Origin: Chiloscyllium plagiosum
Lineage: Eukaryota
Direction: 5' to 3'
Length of the DNA stretch: 64,000 bases
Assembly (NCBI RefSeq): GCF_004010195.1
Contig: NC_057718.1
Location: forward strand, 63,346,012 to 63,410,011
Under the pieces are notes generated by a model. It was not told where the DNA came from. It was given only the letters and a program-made list of their open reading frames with translations, and ran no database searches. Shown one piece after another: positions 13,205-26,704 of this stretch (position 1 is its first letter; each line of letters begins with the position of its first letter). A program made the translations under genes and the position numbers.

Positions 13205-13294
13205 TTATGAAGCACTAGACACAGCTAGTTTTTTAAGATGATCCATGAAAACCTGAAGACTGACATCATCAGTCAAGATAGGCGCTCCAGATTC
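13205..13294 (-). CDS. SEC23B: SEC23B terminal coding exon, ESGAPILTDDVSLQVFMDHLKKLAVSSAS*
   Basis: 90 nt after a poly-T tract and AG; ends in TAA at 13207-13205. Confidence 0.97.
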   Translation of the reverse strand, partial: ESGAPILTDDVSLQVFMDHLKKLAVSSAS

Positions 13295-13364
13295 CTAAGG
13301 AAAAAAAAAACATCAGATTAGAAATGGGCCGAATAAAAATGAAATCATGGGCTATTAAAATATA

Positions 13365-13672
13365 TTAGATTAGATTACCTACAGTGTGGAAACAGGCCCT
13401 TCGGCCCAACAAGTCCACACCGACCCTCCGAAAAGAAACCCACCCCCCTATATTTACTCCTGACTAATCCACCTAACCCTACGGGCAATTTAGCATGGCC
13501 TATTCACCTAACCTGCACATCTTTGGAGAAAACCAGAGCACCTGGAGGAAACCCATGCAGTCACAGGGAGAATGTGCAAACTCCACACAGACAGTTGCTT
13601 GAGGTGGGAATTGAACCCGGGTCCCTGGTGCTGTGAGGCAGCAGTGCTAACCACTAAGTCACCATGCCACCC
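13365..13672 (-). mobile_element. HE1/V-SINE
   Basis: Reverse complement of the HE1 copy at 14128. Confidence 0.9.
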
Positions 13673-14127
13673 TGGATTAATTTGAACTAAAATATATAAT
13701 CTGTTCTCTGGCAGAAATTATTCTTATCTATAAAAATATATTGCAAAATTAATTTTCACACAGTGGATTTTACTGAATCATTTTAAAAAAATTAAACCAA
13801 TTGTTAAGAAAAGTAAAACTCTCTTTTCTAATGAGTTATAAATTTCCAATATATTTTTGTTAAATTAATTAGGGGACACAAATTATAACATTCACAGAGT
13901 TTATGGCACTTCTAATGTTGATTTGTCAGTATTTTCTGCCAATTACACCTCAAAACCTGAGCTCAACTTCAGGATTCAGTGCAAATGGAGATTAATCAGA
14001 AATCCTGAAGTTGGACTCCATTATTGAAATCGCCACTATGCAGCCTATCATGGATCTACTTCCAAAACCAACAATGAGATCAAATGGACAACTGAGAACT
14101 TCCCCACTATTTTTCCACGCTTATAGT

Positions 14128-14440
14128 GGGCGACACGGTGGCACAGTGGTTAGCACTGCTGCCTCACAGCGCCAGAGACCCGGGTTCAATTCCTGACTCA
14201 GGCGACTGACTGTGTGGAGTTTGCACGTTCTCCCTGTGTCTGCGTGGGTTTCCTCCGGGTGCTCCGGTTTCCTCCCACAGTCCAAAGATGTGCAGGTCAG
14301 GTGAATTGGCCATGCTAAATTGCCCGGAGTGTTAGGTAAGGGGTAAATGTAGGGGTATGGGTGGGTTGCGCTTTGGCGGGTCGGTGTGGACTTGTTGGGC
14401 CGAAGGGCCTGTTTCCACACTGTAATCTAATCTAATCTAA
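14128..14440 (+). mobile_element. HE1/V-SINE, full length
   Basis: A-box GGTGGCACAGTGG, B-box GGTTCAATTCC, (TAATC)n tail. Confidence 0.92.
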
Positions 14441-14699
14441 ATCCCATTAAAGTTGAGCATTATTCAGTGAGGTGTATTTTTTAATAGCGATCTGAGTATT
14501 AACTAACCAACCTGGTACTGAAAACAATTTTATAATTCTGGCCTGTTGTTAAGTGTGCATGACAATTATTTTCTGGAGAAATTTATGGAATCAATTTTAA
14601 ATAAATGAACATTGTTCATGACATTTTCATTTCTACTTTATTCATAAGTGTCTGTCCCAATTTTTATTTTGCACTCTTATAATTTTTTTTTCTAAAATG

Positions 14700-15305
14700 A
14701 AGGATGTTGTCAGGGCATGGACAATTTGAGTATAGGGAGAGGCTAAATACTATGGGGCATTTCTCCCTGGAGTATCAAAGGCTGAGGGGTGACTTTACAG
14801 AAGTCTATAAAATCATGAGGGATATATAGATGAGGTGAGTAGCCAAGATCCTTTTCTCAGGGTAGGGGGAGTCCAATACTAGAGGGCATAGTTTTAAGGG
14901 GGAAAGATTTAAAAAAGGCACAACTTTTTCATGCAGATGTACATATGGAATGAGCTGCCAAAAGTGGTGGTGGAGGCTGGTACAATTACAACATTTAAAA
15001 TACATTTGGACGAATGTATGATTTGGAAAGCTTAGACGGATATAGGGCCAAAGTAAGGGGTAAGATTTAAAAAGGTCCTCAGAAGCAGCTTTTTCACCGA
15101 GGGTGCTGTGTGTATGGAAGCTGCCAGAGGAAGTCATAGGAGGAGGGTACAATTACACCATTTAAAAGGCTTCGGGATATATGAATAGAAAATGTTTTGA
15201 GAGCAATGGGCCAAATGCAAGAAAATGGGGCTACATCATTTTAGGATGGCGAGGTTGGCACGGACGAATTGGATCGAAGGGTCTGATTCCATGCGGTATG
15301 ACTCA
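14700..15305 (+). mobile_element. CR1 LINE 3' fragments with internal duplication
   Basis: CR1 ORF2 C-terminal and 3' UTR sequence present twice. Confidence 0.7.
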
Positions 15306-15568
15306 TTGATTATCGGTGCTTTTCAAATCTTGCTTGAAAAGAAAGTTGAATTTATGTAGCACTTTACATCACAGCCAATGTTTTGGAAGTGCAGTTATCG
15401 TGCAATGTAGGAAAGATGGCAATCAATGTGTATATAGCAGGATCCTACGAAAAGCAATGTTATTTATGACCACATAAATCAACATTTATCAAACAAATTA
15501 AGTATAAACTTTGAGCAGGACACTCGGAATAATTCCTCTATTTTTGTTTCAAACAGTATCTTGGAATG

Positions 15569-15778
15569 AGGTTAAAAATCACACAACACCAGGTTATAGA
15601 CCAACAGGTTTAATTGGAAGCACACTAGCTTTCGGAGCAACGCTCCTTCATCAGGTGATTGCCTGATGAAGGAGCATCGCTCCGAAAGCTAGTGTGCTTC
15701 CAATTAAACCTGTTGGACTATAACCTGGTGTTGTGTGATTTTTAACTTTGTATACCCCAGTCCAACACCGGCATCTCC
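15569..15778. mobile_element. Palindromic mini-PLE made of two inverted hammerhead-bearing repeats
   Basis: 85-bp arms 15571-15655/15662-15746; 13-bp TSD GTATCTTGGAATG at 15556-15568/15779-15791. Confidence 0.85.
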
Positions 15779-15791
15779 GTATCTTGGAATG

Positions 15792-15940
15792 TTTTATCTT
15801 GGCCTGAGAAGACAAACAGTTTTCATATTTCAACAAAGTCATGGCACCTCTAACGAGCAACATTGCTTCAGCACTTTATTGGAGCTCCAACCTTGATTTT
15901 GTGCTCAGTCCAAGAGTAGCACTTGAGCCCATAACCTCTG
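15792..15940 (-). mobile_element. Old Deu-domain-like SINE fragment (also near 25930, 39110 and 51830)
   Basis: Weak resemblance to the recalled Deu-domain segment TCTCATCCGAAAGACGGCACCTC...CAGCACT. Confidence 0.45.
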
Positions 15941-15973
15941 GTAAATATATAGCATTAAAACCCCAACATATTA

Positions 15974-16066
<93 letters not shown>

Positions 16067-16403
16067 CTAAGAGAGAGATAAAAACCAAGTGGGTCAATTT
16101 TAAAAATCATTTTTCAACAATTTCTTTCTGCATTTGTAATTCTTGAATTGGGTCATCAACGTCTCAAAAGTTTTGACCATGACAAAGGTCAGTCAAAGGT
16201 GTTTTTCTTTTATAAGCATAGAAATGAATGGTGTCAGCGAAAGCATTTGCAATCTTATCTGTCCTCTAACTCACTAAGCCAAGTTAGCACTGAGCACCAG
16301 GTCTCATTAAATGGGTAAACCAGTTGTGAGATATCTTTGATAATTGTTGAACTGCCTAAATTGGGGTTGTGGGGGAATCTTTCAATGGGCTAGAAAATTA
16401 GTA

Positions 16404-16605
16404 CAGTCAGTTCTGCTATAACACATGTTTCTTCAACGCAACTGAAAAATTTAATTGTCATTTGTAGAATGTAACCTTTCCTTCCCTGTATTGGCTATAA
16501 TGTGATTCCGGTCCCACTGGTTTAAATGGTGCTGCTATTACATGATTTCCTTATAATGTGGGATTGCACGGGTACAGAACTATTGCGTTATATCAGAACA
16601 GACTG
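16404..16605. mobile_element. Tc1/mariner (pogo/Tigger-like) MITE
   Basis: TIR CAGTCAGTTCTGCTATAAC...GTTATATCAGAACAGACTG flanked by TA on both sides. Confidence 0.8.
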
Positions 16606-16775
16606 TACAGTGGAAACAACAGTTTTATAACACAAGTATTATTAAAACACTAAAAGCAACTTGATAATTTGACCCTTTAAAATAATCATGACTGGTTATT
16701 CTTGCCAACAGAAAGAGAATGAAAATTAATCAAGTTGTTTGTCCTTTCCAAAAGTTTTATTTCAGCAATTTTTCA

Positions 16776-16952
<177 letters not shown>

Positions 16953-17534
16953 CTAAAGAAACAGCAAATACATTATTATTTATTATTTCCTTTATTAAAT
17001 AAAAACATTTTTAAATACACTTGGCAATTATTTTTAAATTTGTTTTAAAAATTGAAAAAAAATTTAATAATGGCACACGTGCATAAAACAAACAAATAGT
17101 ACAATCAACTACTCATCATTGTTCAATAGCTACACATTAATGATATCACTAATAGATTCATTAACTTTTTTTTAAAAACAAACACTAGGTTTTCAGGTCA
17201 TTACATTATACAAATGTTCGGTTTGCTTCAGTTTGAGCACTATGAAATTAATGTTGTATTTGATACATTTTTATTAATTTGCACACTTCAAAATTTTTTA
17301 AATGCAGTATAGAGTTTAGTCACTGAAGAGAGTTACTGTCTTCTAGACCAGGGATAATAATACTCTCAATCAGCCAGTTTGGAAGTGTATGAAAATAATA
17401 TGAATCAGGACTGAAAGATTTCTTGTGAAAAGTCACCATAGTCCCAGAGGACTACAGAGTTCCCCTCTCATTAGACAGCATTAACCTGAGGTCACTGTGC
17501 CTCACATAAGCGACAAGGTTCAGATGGCAGGTGT

Positions 17535-19165
17535 CACAGAGTCAGAGATATATAGCAAGAAACAGATCCTTCGGTCTAACTCTTCCATGCCGAACAGCTA
17601 TCCTAACCTAATCTAGTTCCATTTGCCAACACTTGGCCCATATCCCTCTAAATCCTTCCTATTCATATACCCAACCAGCCTCCACCACCTCATCTGGCAG
17701 CTCATTCCTTACATGCACCATCCTCTGCGTGAAAAAGTTGCCCCTTAATGATGCAGAAGGATGTGGACAGGTTAAGTGAGTGAACAGAAACTCAGCAGAT
17801 GGAATGTAACGTGGGAAAATGTGAAATTACGCATTTTGACAACAAGAATACGAGAATTAGGGCAGCACAGTGGCTCAATGGTTAGCACTGATGCCTCACA
17901 GTGCCAGAGACCAGAGTTCGATTCCAGCCTCGGATGACTGTCTGTGTGAAGTTTGCACATTTTCCCCATGTCTGCACGGACTTCCTCTTGGTGTTCTGTT
18001 TCCTTCTACAGTCCAAAGATGTGCCCATAGTGTTAGGTGCATTAGTCAGATGGTAATGGGTGTTGATAGGTTACTCTTCAGAGAGTCAGTGTGGACCTAT
18101 TGGGCCGAAGGACCTGTTTCCACACTGTAGGGAATCTAATCTAATCTGTGTATTATTTAAATGGAGGAAGATCAAAATTCTTATAAAAATTACAAAAGAT
18201 CAGGTGGTAGTAAGGAAGGCAAAGGGAATGAAGTATAAAACTAGGCAGGTGTTGCTAAAACTAGTCAGACCACATTTGGAATAATGTTGCCCCTCTTTCC
18301 CCTCACACCCTAACCCTATGCTCTCTAGTTCTGGACTCCCCCACCCCAGGGAAAAGACCTGGTCTATTTATCCTATTTATACCACTCATGATTTTATAAA
18401 CCTCTATAAAGGTCACCCCTCAGCACCTGACACTCCAGGGAGAACAGCCCCAGCCTAGTCACCCTCTGCATTCAGCTCAAATGCTTCAACCCTGGCAACA
18501 TCCTTGTAAATCTTTTCCAAATTTCACAACATCTTTCCGATAGGAAGGAGACCAGAACTGACCACAATATTCCAAAAGTGGCCTAACCAATGTCCTGTAC
18601 ATCTGCAATGTGACCTCTCAACTCCTATACTCAATGCTCTGACCAATAAAAGAAAGCATGCCAAACACCTTCTTCACTATCCTATCCACCTGGAACTCCA
18701 CTTTCAAGGATCAATGAACCTGCACTCCAAGGTCTCTTTGTTCAGCAAAACTCTGCAGGACCTCACCATTAAGTGTATAAGTCCTGCTAAGATTTGCTTT
18801 CCCAAAATGCAGCACCTCACATTTATCAAATTAAATTCCATCTGCCACTTCTCAGCACAGTGTCCCATCTGATCAAGATCCTGTTCACTACACCTCCAAT
18901 TTTGGTGTCATCTGCAAACTTACTAACTAAACCTCCTATGTTCACATCCAAGTCATTAATATAAATGACAAAAAGTAGTGTACCCAGCACTGATCCTTGT
19001 GGAACATCACTGGTCACAGGCCTCCAGTCTGAAAAACAACCCTCCACCACCACTTCTACCTTCAAGCCAATTTTGTATCCAAATAGCTAGTTCTCCTTGT
19101 ATTCCACGAGCTCTAACCTTGTTAACCAGTCTCCCATGACGCACCTTGTTGAACGTCTTACTGAG
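17535..19165 (-). mobile_element. CR1/HER1 LINE (5' truncated) carrying an antisense CR1-fragment plus HE1 cassette at about 17746-18290
   Basis: RT motifs [20 protein letters not shown]...FADDTK; HE1 at about 17860-18146. Confidence 0.85.
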
Positions 19166-19879
19166 GGTGACCTCATTTAATACAGGAAATGAATCCATGC
19201 TACTGGCATTGCAAAAAGCTGTCCAATCAATTTAACTTCCCCCTTCTTGTTTAACCTCTCGGAAACTTCCAAAAGTGCTAATTTATTTTGTCTAAAGGGT
19301 CATCAAAAATCCAAAAATGTAAGCAGATTATTAATACCTAAACCAGGTGCATTATCATGTCACTAAACAAGATATTCTTAATTAAAATTAAACTCCTGAG
19401 AGGGAGCATTACTGGATTGATTATTTATTATAAGCAAATAAAACCGGATTTCATGAAAAACACCCAAAAACAGGAGCTCAGCTTAAATCATAAAGCAAAG
19501 TGTCTTCCAGTGTGACCATCATCTCAAGATTTCAGTAAGACCATTGACCTTCAATTGCACAAACTGGCTTTCTTTGAAATATAATTCAATAAGCGATGAG
19601 AGGTTTTATTCTAATTTTGCCCTTTGGTTAATCATTATTAAATTCCTTTACCAAATGAAGTTATATCTCAATAGGGTAATGCACTGGAAATCAAGCCCTG
19701 TTATTCCCAGAGTTGTCACAAAAATTAAAAATTTTATCAAGTATGCAAAATTGCCCAACTGATCTGCTTTTCAGACTCAGGTTGACAGAAAATGTGGTTT
19801 AGGTTTCTGACCTGAACAAGGATTACGATTTATTACAAATAAATAGATTCTAGTCATAGGTAGGCAAGCATGAACTGTT

Positions 19880-20029
19880 TGAGGAGAAACAGTTTTATCT
19901 GTTTTACCTTTTATCTTAGCCTGCTGGACAAACTTTCCTCATTCCTGAAGAAGGGCTTATGCCCGAAACGTCGATTCTCCTGTTCCCTGGATGCTGCCTG
20001 ACCTGCTGCGCTTTTCCAGCAACACATTC
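19880..20029 (+). mobile_element. Mini-PLE terminal repeat with intact hammerhead motif (19941-19976)
   Basis: AUUC CUGAAGA A GGGC-UUAU-GCCC GAAA CGUC GAUU; 15-bp TSD at 19865-19879/20030-20044. Confidence 0.8.
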
Positions 20030-20506
20030 CAAGCATGAACTGTTGACCACTGAAGAAACCTATATCAAACACTGGGACTATTGATTTGTCATTCACATGG
20101 ATAGACTGGCCTATAAAATGGCACAAGCACTCACTTACTGTTGGGTGCGTACAGTTGCGGCACAGCTAATCGTGATCGTTATATGGGATCTGGGTATCTT
20201 GGAAAGGTCAGTATTTGTTACCTTTGAACTGACTGAAATGGCCTCATCTGATGGACACAATTTTATTCTTTTATGATTCATGTATAAAGCCTCATAGTAC
20301 TGTTTAAAAATAAAGTAGAGTTTTCGTACAACAGATCTATAAAACAAATTCTTGAACTGATTACTGCTACGCAAGAAGAGTTTTATCAAAAATTAGTAAC
20401 ACTTGGTCTATCAAGCTGCCGAGATGCAATGAAAAGAGAAATTGACTTGTGTTTTCAGAAAAATAGAAAACCAATATAGAGAGTAACATTTTCTACAAGT
20501 ATTTTA

Positions 20507-20635
<129 letters not shown>

Positions 20636-22243
20636 TCATTACTTAAGACAGTCATGACTTATGTTACACAAAGATTGATACATTAAATTAAATTACAGAA
20701 GCTCTCAAGCATACTCCAGTAGTGAGATGGGATACAAATATTAGGTTGGATTCCTCCATTCCTTGCTCCAGCACGCTGCTTGCAAGGTAGTGTCAGTCTA
20801 TTTACTTAGTTCTTCCAGCAGACAGCTGGGCTGCTGGAATTTGCTTAAACATCTTCACCTTGCTTTCTACTTACCTATCCCTAATTATTTTACATGTAAT
20901 TTTTATGGCAATCATATTTACTGTTCACTAAGTATATCATTTCTACCTTATATTCACTTCCTGGCTTCCACCACAAGACTTTACAGGTCATGCCCCTTTG
21001 TGTTTGCGTATTTAAGTCCCTCGACTAAGTTTTCTTAAATGCTATTTTGAGCAATATCTTTTATGTCTGAGAGTAAGGTTACACTTAACATTAACCAAGT
21101 TGCTCTTTCTTTACCTGCCCATCCTTTTGTGCTTCCACCCTTCAGCATCAACAGTATGTTACTTTTAGTTTATATACACTGTTGTTAGTTTAAAGTTGTC
21201 ATAACAGGTTATAAATTGGTGAGTATACTAATACATTACATAATTTAAAAAGGTGGTGACTGTGTTTACTATATGGAAATCTGTGGAATCATAAAGAGTA
21301 CAAACTTAGACTGAGGGGAAAAAAAAAAATCAATGAGCTATATATAGAATATTTCCCTAGAATACAGTTTGCACTTTACAATATGATAATTAACTCCTTG
21401 AATGCATCCTAATTTTTCTTTCAAGTGGTTTTCTGATATTACAGAACTTGAGTATTTGTGAAAAAAAGACATTTTGTTTTTCATTTTTTATGCATGACAA
21501 TTCACAAGAAATACCAAAAAGCATTCTTAGTTTTTTTTAAAAAAAACAGGACCACGGTTGGAGGGGTTTTAGTCCCCCACAGAAATCTGCCAAGTGAACA
21601 TTGTCAGGTGATTGCCTCGACAATGAGCAGCAACAGGCTATTCCACAACAGCTAAGCTGCAATTAATTGCCATTGCACATGCAGTTCTCGCATAAGCCAA
21701 TTGATAACAATCAGAATCACCAAGCTGGACCTTTTTTCTCTTGATAACCCAGGTACAGGAGCCAATTATATATCGTGGTACAACACTGGTTGAGATCATG
21801 TTCAAATCGAAACTTAGTTCTCAAACCAAAGATTGGCCAGGCTTCCAATAGCAAAATGCTGCGAATGGTGAAAATTTGAAATATATTTCAATATCTCAAT
21901 CCTTCTGAAAGGACTTGCCTTTTGCTCTTTATCTACCCTTCCTACTTTGATCCATATAAAATCTATTACTTAAATATTTCTCTAATTCTGATAAAATGTC
22001 ATCAATTTGAAACATTAACCCTACCTCTCTCTTCATACAAACTGCAGATTTTAGATTAGATTCAGATTTGCTGAGTATCGCCAATTTTTTTTACCCTTTC
22101 AGGTTTACTTTGCTTGAAAACTGTCACATGTTAAGTTGTACATGTAAGACATAAATAGGATAAAGCTTTTGAGCACTGAAAATATTTCAGAACTCTTATG
22201 TAAAATCTTCACACAGTTGAGTAAACTTGGTAATTAACTTTCA

Positions 22244-22432
<189 letters not shown>

Positions 22433-22970
22433 CTAAAAATACAATAAAATAATTACTGAAAACATTACATGACAAATCAAATTATATTTATCATTGTATA
22501 AATCCCTCAAAGCTGTAAAGGCTGACATTCAGATTAACAGAACTAAAATGTCCAAGAAAGGAAAGATACCAATCCCAGCAGCTATCTGCTGGAGGTCGTG
22601 AGCATGTCAGAGCATGTTGTGACAAGTCTCCTCAAGGGTGGAGAGAATTCAATTACTCCTGATTTGTGCTTATAGTGATCAGGCATTGGCGAGAAATGAG
22701 GTGAGCTGCTTGCTACAGAATCTTTGGTCTCAGCCTCGTTCAAGTAGCCACAGTGTTTACAATGGTATTCCAGTTTGGTTTCTAGAATATGACAGTCCTA
22801 AGTGATGTAGCCACTTGGTGTACTGACACATTAGCACATCTGGTTTAGGAAGTCGATGCTGCAAACACCTCAGAGGTCTATGTGCTGAAAAAACTTAGAG
22901 GGAGAATTGGTCCCAGGCTATTGATGGCTGGAACATTAAATGATAATGTTGTTGAATATCAATGTGAGGT

Positions 22971-23671
22971 TCAAAGTTTGCGAGAAGATTTGTAGCTCGG
23001 GTGCTCATTGCTGTGGTTCTGTTCGCTGAGCTGGAAGTTTTTGTTGCAAACGTTTCATTCCCTGTCTAGGTGACATCCTCAGTGCTTGGAAGCCTCCTGT
23101 GAAGCGCTTCTGTGGTGTTTCCTCCGGCATTTATAGTGGCCTGTCCCTGCCGCTTCCGGTTGTCAGTTTCAGCTGTCCGCTGTAGTGGCCGGTATATGAG
23201 CAAAACTAATGTAGTGTACAAAATCCCATGCAAGGACTGCACAAAACACTATATAGGACAAACAGGAAGACAGCTAACGATCCGCATCCACGAACATCAA
23301 CTAGCCACGAAACGACACGACCAGCTATCCCTAGTAGCCACACACGCAGACGACAAGCAACATGAATTTGACTGGGACAACACTACCATTATAGGGCAAG
23401 CGAAACAAAGAACAGCCAGGGAATTCCTAGAAGCATGACACTCATCCACAAACTCCATCAACAAACACATAGACCGGGACCCAATATACCGGCCACTATA
23501 GCGGACAGCTGAAACTGACAACCGGAAGCAGCAGGGAAAGGCCATTATAAATGCCGGAGGAAACACCACAGAAGCGCTTCACAGGAGGCCCCCAAGCACT
23601 AAGGATGTCACCTAGACAGGGGACGAAACGTTTGCAACAAAAACTTCCAGCTCGGCGAACAGAACCACAGC
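22971..23671. mobile_element. Penelope-like element (Poseidon-type) with GIY-YIG and inverted terminal arms
   Basis: NVVYKIPCKDCTKHYIGQTGRQLTIRIHEH...; about 190-bp inverted arms; 13-bp TSD ATCAATGTGAGGT at 22958-22970/23672-23684. Confidence 0.9.
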
Positions 23672-23824
23672 ATCAATGTGAGGTGGTTGGATTACTTATT
23701 GATTTGGAGATGACCATTGCCGTTAGCTATGTTTTTCACTCTAAAGGTGCAGCCTGACCTGTTGAGTGTTTTCCAGTATTTCCAGTTTACATTGTAGCCT
23801 TCTTACTGGTAAAATAGTGGACTC

Positions 23825-24160
23825 AGGGTGGAATGATAGCTCAGTGGTTACTATTGCTACCTTACAGCACCCTCAGGTGACTGTCTGTATGGAGTTTGCA
23901 CATTGTCCCTGTATCTGCTTGGGTTTCCTCTGGATGCTCCTGTTTCCTCCCACAGTCAAAAGATGTGCGGGTTAGGTATATTGGCCATGCTAAATTGCCC
24001 ATAGTGTTCAGAGTTGTGTAGGCTATGTAGATTAATCATGGGAAATGCGGGTTTACAGGGATAGGGTAGAGGTTGCGCTGGGTGGGATGCTCTTCAGGGG
24101 ATTGGTGTGGACTCAATGGGCCAAAAGACCTGCTTACACACTGTAGGGATTCAATGATTC
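23825..24160 (+). mobile_element. HE1/V-SINE (older copy)
   Basis: HE1 core and tail, diverged. Confidence 0.8.
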
Positions 24161-24782
24161 TAAACAGTTAGTTTCAATTGAAATTAAGTGGCACCTACAA
24201 ATTGAATTTGTTCCATTGAATTTCCAGAAGATGCCAATCTTTGTTTATTTTTCATGGGGGTGGGTTGGTGTATTATGCATCTAGAGTGCAGCCATGAAAA
24301 TGAATACCAGTAGATGCCAGAAGTTGATCCAGTTGTTAAAATTAAAAAAATTGTGACTTGAATATATGTTTTGGAAAAAAATAGTTTATGATAAAAAATA
24401 GAACTTGAAATTTTATTTTTTGAAAAATAATGTACATTTTTAAGAAATTACTTCGTCTTAAGAATTCGCCAACCTGATTTAATTTTATCCATTTACTCTT
24501 TTCTCTTACTCTACTTCACCACCTTTTCCTCTCCTATAATCTTTCGCCATGTATATGTGACTCTGCTGATTTGGGATCAATGAGTTAACCCATAGTCAAA
24601 GAGCTTGAATGATTAGCACTGAAAAACAATCAGAAAATAAATAGTTGTCCAAGCAAAATAATGTTCTGTCTCATTTACACACTCTTTAGCTGTAATTAAT
24701 ATTTAAACAGTACACATTAAGTAATTACATAGTTTTGCTAAGCTTAGAAAGGGAACTATTGACAGGAAATATTTAATATAAT

Positions 24783-25134
24783 AGAATCATAGAACACCTA
24801 CAGTGTGGAAACAGGCCATTTGATCCAACAACTCTACTCCGACCCTCCAAAGAGCATCCTATCCAGACCCAGCTCCTTGCCTTTTCTGCCCCAATACCCT
24901 GCATTTCCCATGCACTTAACCTACACATCCCTGAAAACTATGGGCAATTCAGCATGGCCAATCCACCTAACATACACTTTTTTGGACTGTGGGAGGAAAC
25001 CAGAGCACCCGGCAGAAATGCACATAGACACAGAATTTGCAAACTCCACATAGATAGTTACCCAAGGGTGGAATTGAACCCGGGTCCCTGGCGCTGTGAG
25101 CCAACAGTGCTAATCACTGAGCCATCATGCCACC
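24783..25134 (-). mobile_element. HE1/V-SINE
   Basis: Reverse complement of HE1 head, core and tail. Confidence 0.85.
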
Positions 25135-26078
25135 CAAATATACTGCAAGTGCTTTGAATGGGTGTGCATTTTGTAAAAGTTCACCAAAAATGTCTCATTT
25201 AAATGATTCATCAAAAAGAAATGAAAGCCGTGGGTGTTGTTTGAATTGTTCACGTCAGATGATTCCCTGCAAGTAAAATTCATTGTGTTTAGTAGAGAGA
25301 AAAATATAGACCGAGCACGCAGGTTAACTGTGCTTTGCTTATTTCTCACTTCTGCCCACCTGTTTACCCGTTTTCTTGAAGCCATTTAGAAATTCATGGA
25401 AGCATTCCAATGTTGTTTCCTGCTTTCCCTCGTTGAATTGTCAAATGGGCGGAACGAGTTCCTGATTCAGTGCATGAAACTAGGTGAAAGTGAGAGCTTT
25501 AAGCTTGGTGTTGGATTCAAGCAATAGGTTGACTATGGTTGGTAGTTTTACAGCTTGTTTTTGAAGTTGCACCAGGCAAAGAATTGGTACTGCATGGCTG
25601 AGAGGATTGAAAACTATAATGTATGTCAAAGCAACAAGTGGGTGAATTAATATTACCACTTGCCTCCACCACCACCCACCATCCTTTCGTTCTGGATCTC
25701 AATTTATCTTTGTTAACTTGGCTATAGGCCTATTTAGAATTGTAGTGTTCTGGTAGATAGTGGAGTACGAACTTCAACTTTATACAACCGCAGTGCAGCA
25801 ACAGTTATTTTCTATATCATAATTAAAAAATGACTTGTTTCTTTCAAAAATATAAAATAGGCATCAAAATGGAGACGAATGTCACACATTTGGGCTCACA
25901 CTGACAGCTATGGGAATTGAACAGTTCATTCCAGGCTGACCACTTGTCAATGTTCCTATCTTTTGGATGGAACATAAACCTAGCCAATATCTGCTTGTTG
26001 TAGTAGCTGTAGGGGGCGGGGTCACATGGAATAATGTGGTGCAAACAGGAGTGTACTATACCATCATGCTCCTGAGTC

Positions 26079-26464
26079 TAGATTAGAGTGGTGCTGAAAA
26101 AGCACAGCAGTTCAGGCAGCATCCGAGGAGCAGGAAAATCGACGTTTCGGGCAAAAGCCCTTCATCAGGAATAGGGGCAGGGTGCCTACAGAGTGGAGAG
26201 ATCACAGATTCTTGTGGAGAGAGGAGGAAAACTTCTTCAAGGCAGGCATCCTTGCAAGAGGATTCGCAGTAAGGTTACAATCAACTAGATAAAAACAAGG
26301 ACTGCAGATGCTGGAAACCAGAGTCTATAAGAATCTCCACAAGAATCTCAGTGATCTCTCCACTCTGGAGGCTCCCTGCTTCTATTCCTGATGAAGGGCT
26401 TTTGACCGAAGTGTTGATTTTCCTGCTCCTCGGATGCTGCCTGACCTGCTGTGCTTTTCCAGCA
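26079..26464. mobile_element. Mini-PLE with inverted terminal repeats; intact hammerhead motif on minus strand at 26137-26172
   Basis: Minus strand AUUC CUGAUGA A GGGC-UUUU-GCCC GAAA CGUC GAUU; degenerate plus copy at about 26384-26420. Confidence 0.8.
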
Positions 26465-26704
26465 CTAGTCATAACACAGCATTAGTCAGGCACGTAATCT
26501 GGGACAGTCCCAGTTTATGGCACTGAGTATTAATTTCATCCCACAATTTTCCGGTTGAGTCACCTGGGTGCTTTCATTTCTAAAACCATTGTTATAAGTA
26601 ATTCACTGCCTTCTCAAAAGGACAAAAGAGGACTGACCATCTATTGGAGGATGACTGCAAATGAATCTTTGAGAATTGGTTTTGTAAAGATAAACAAACC
26701 TACA

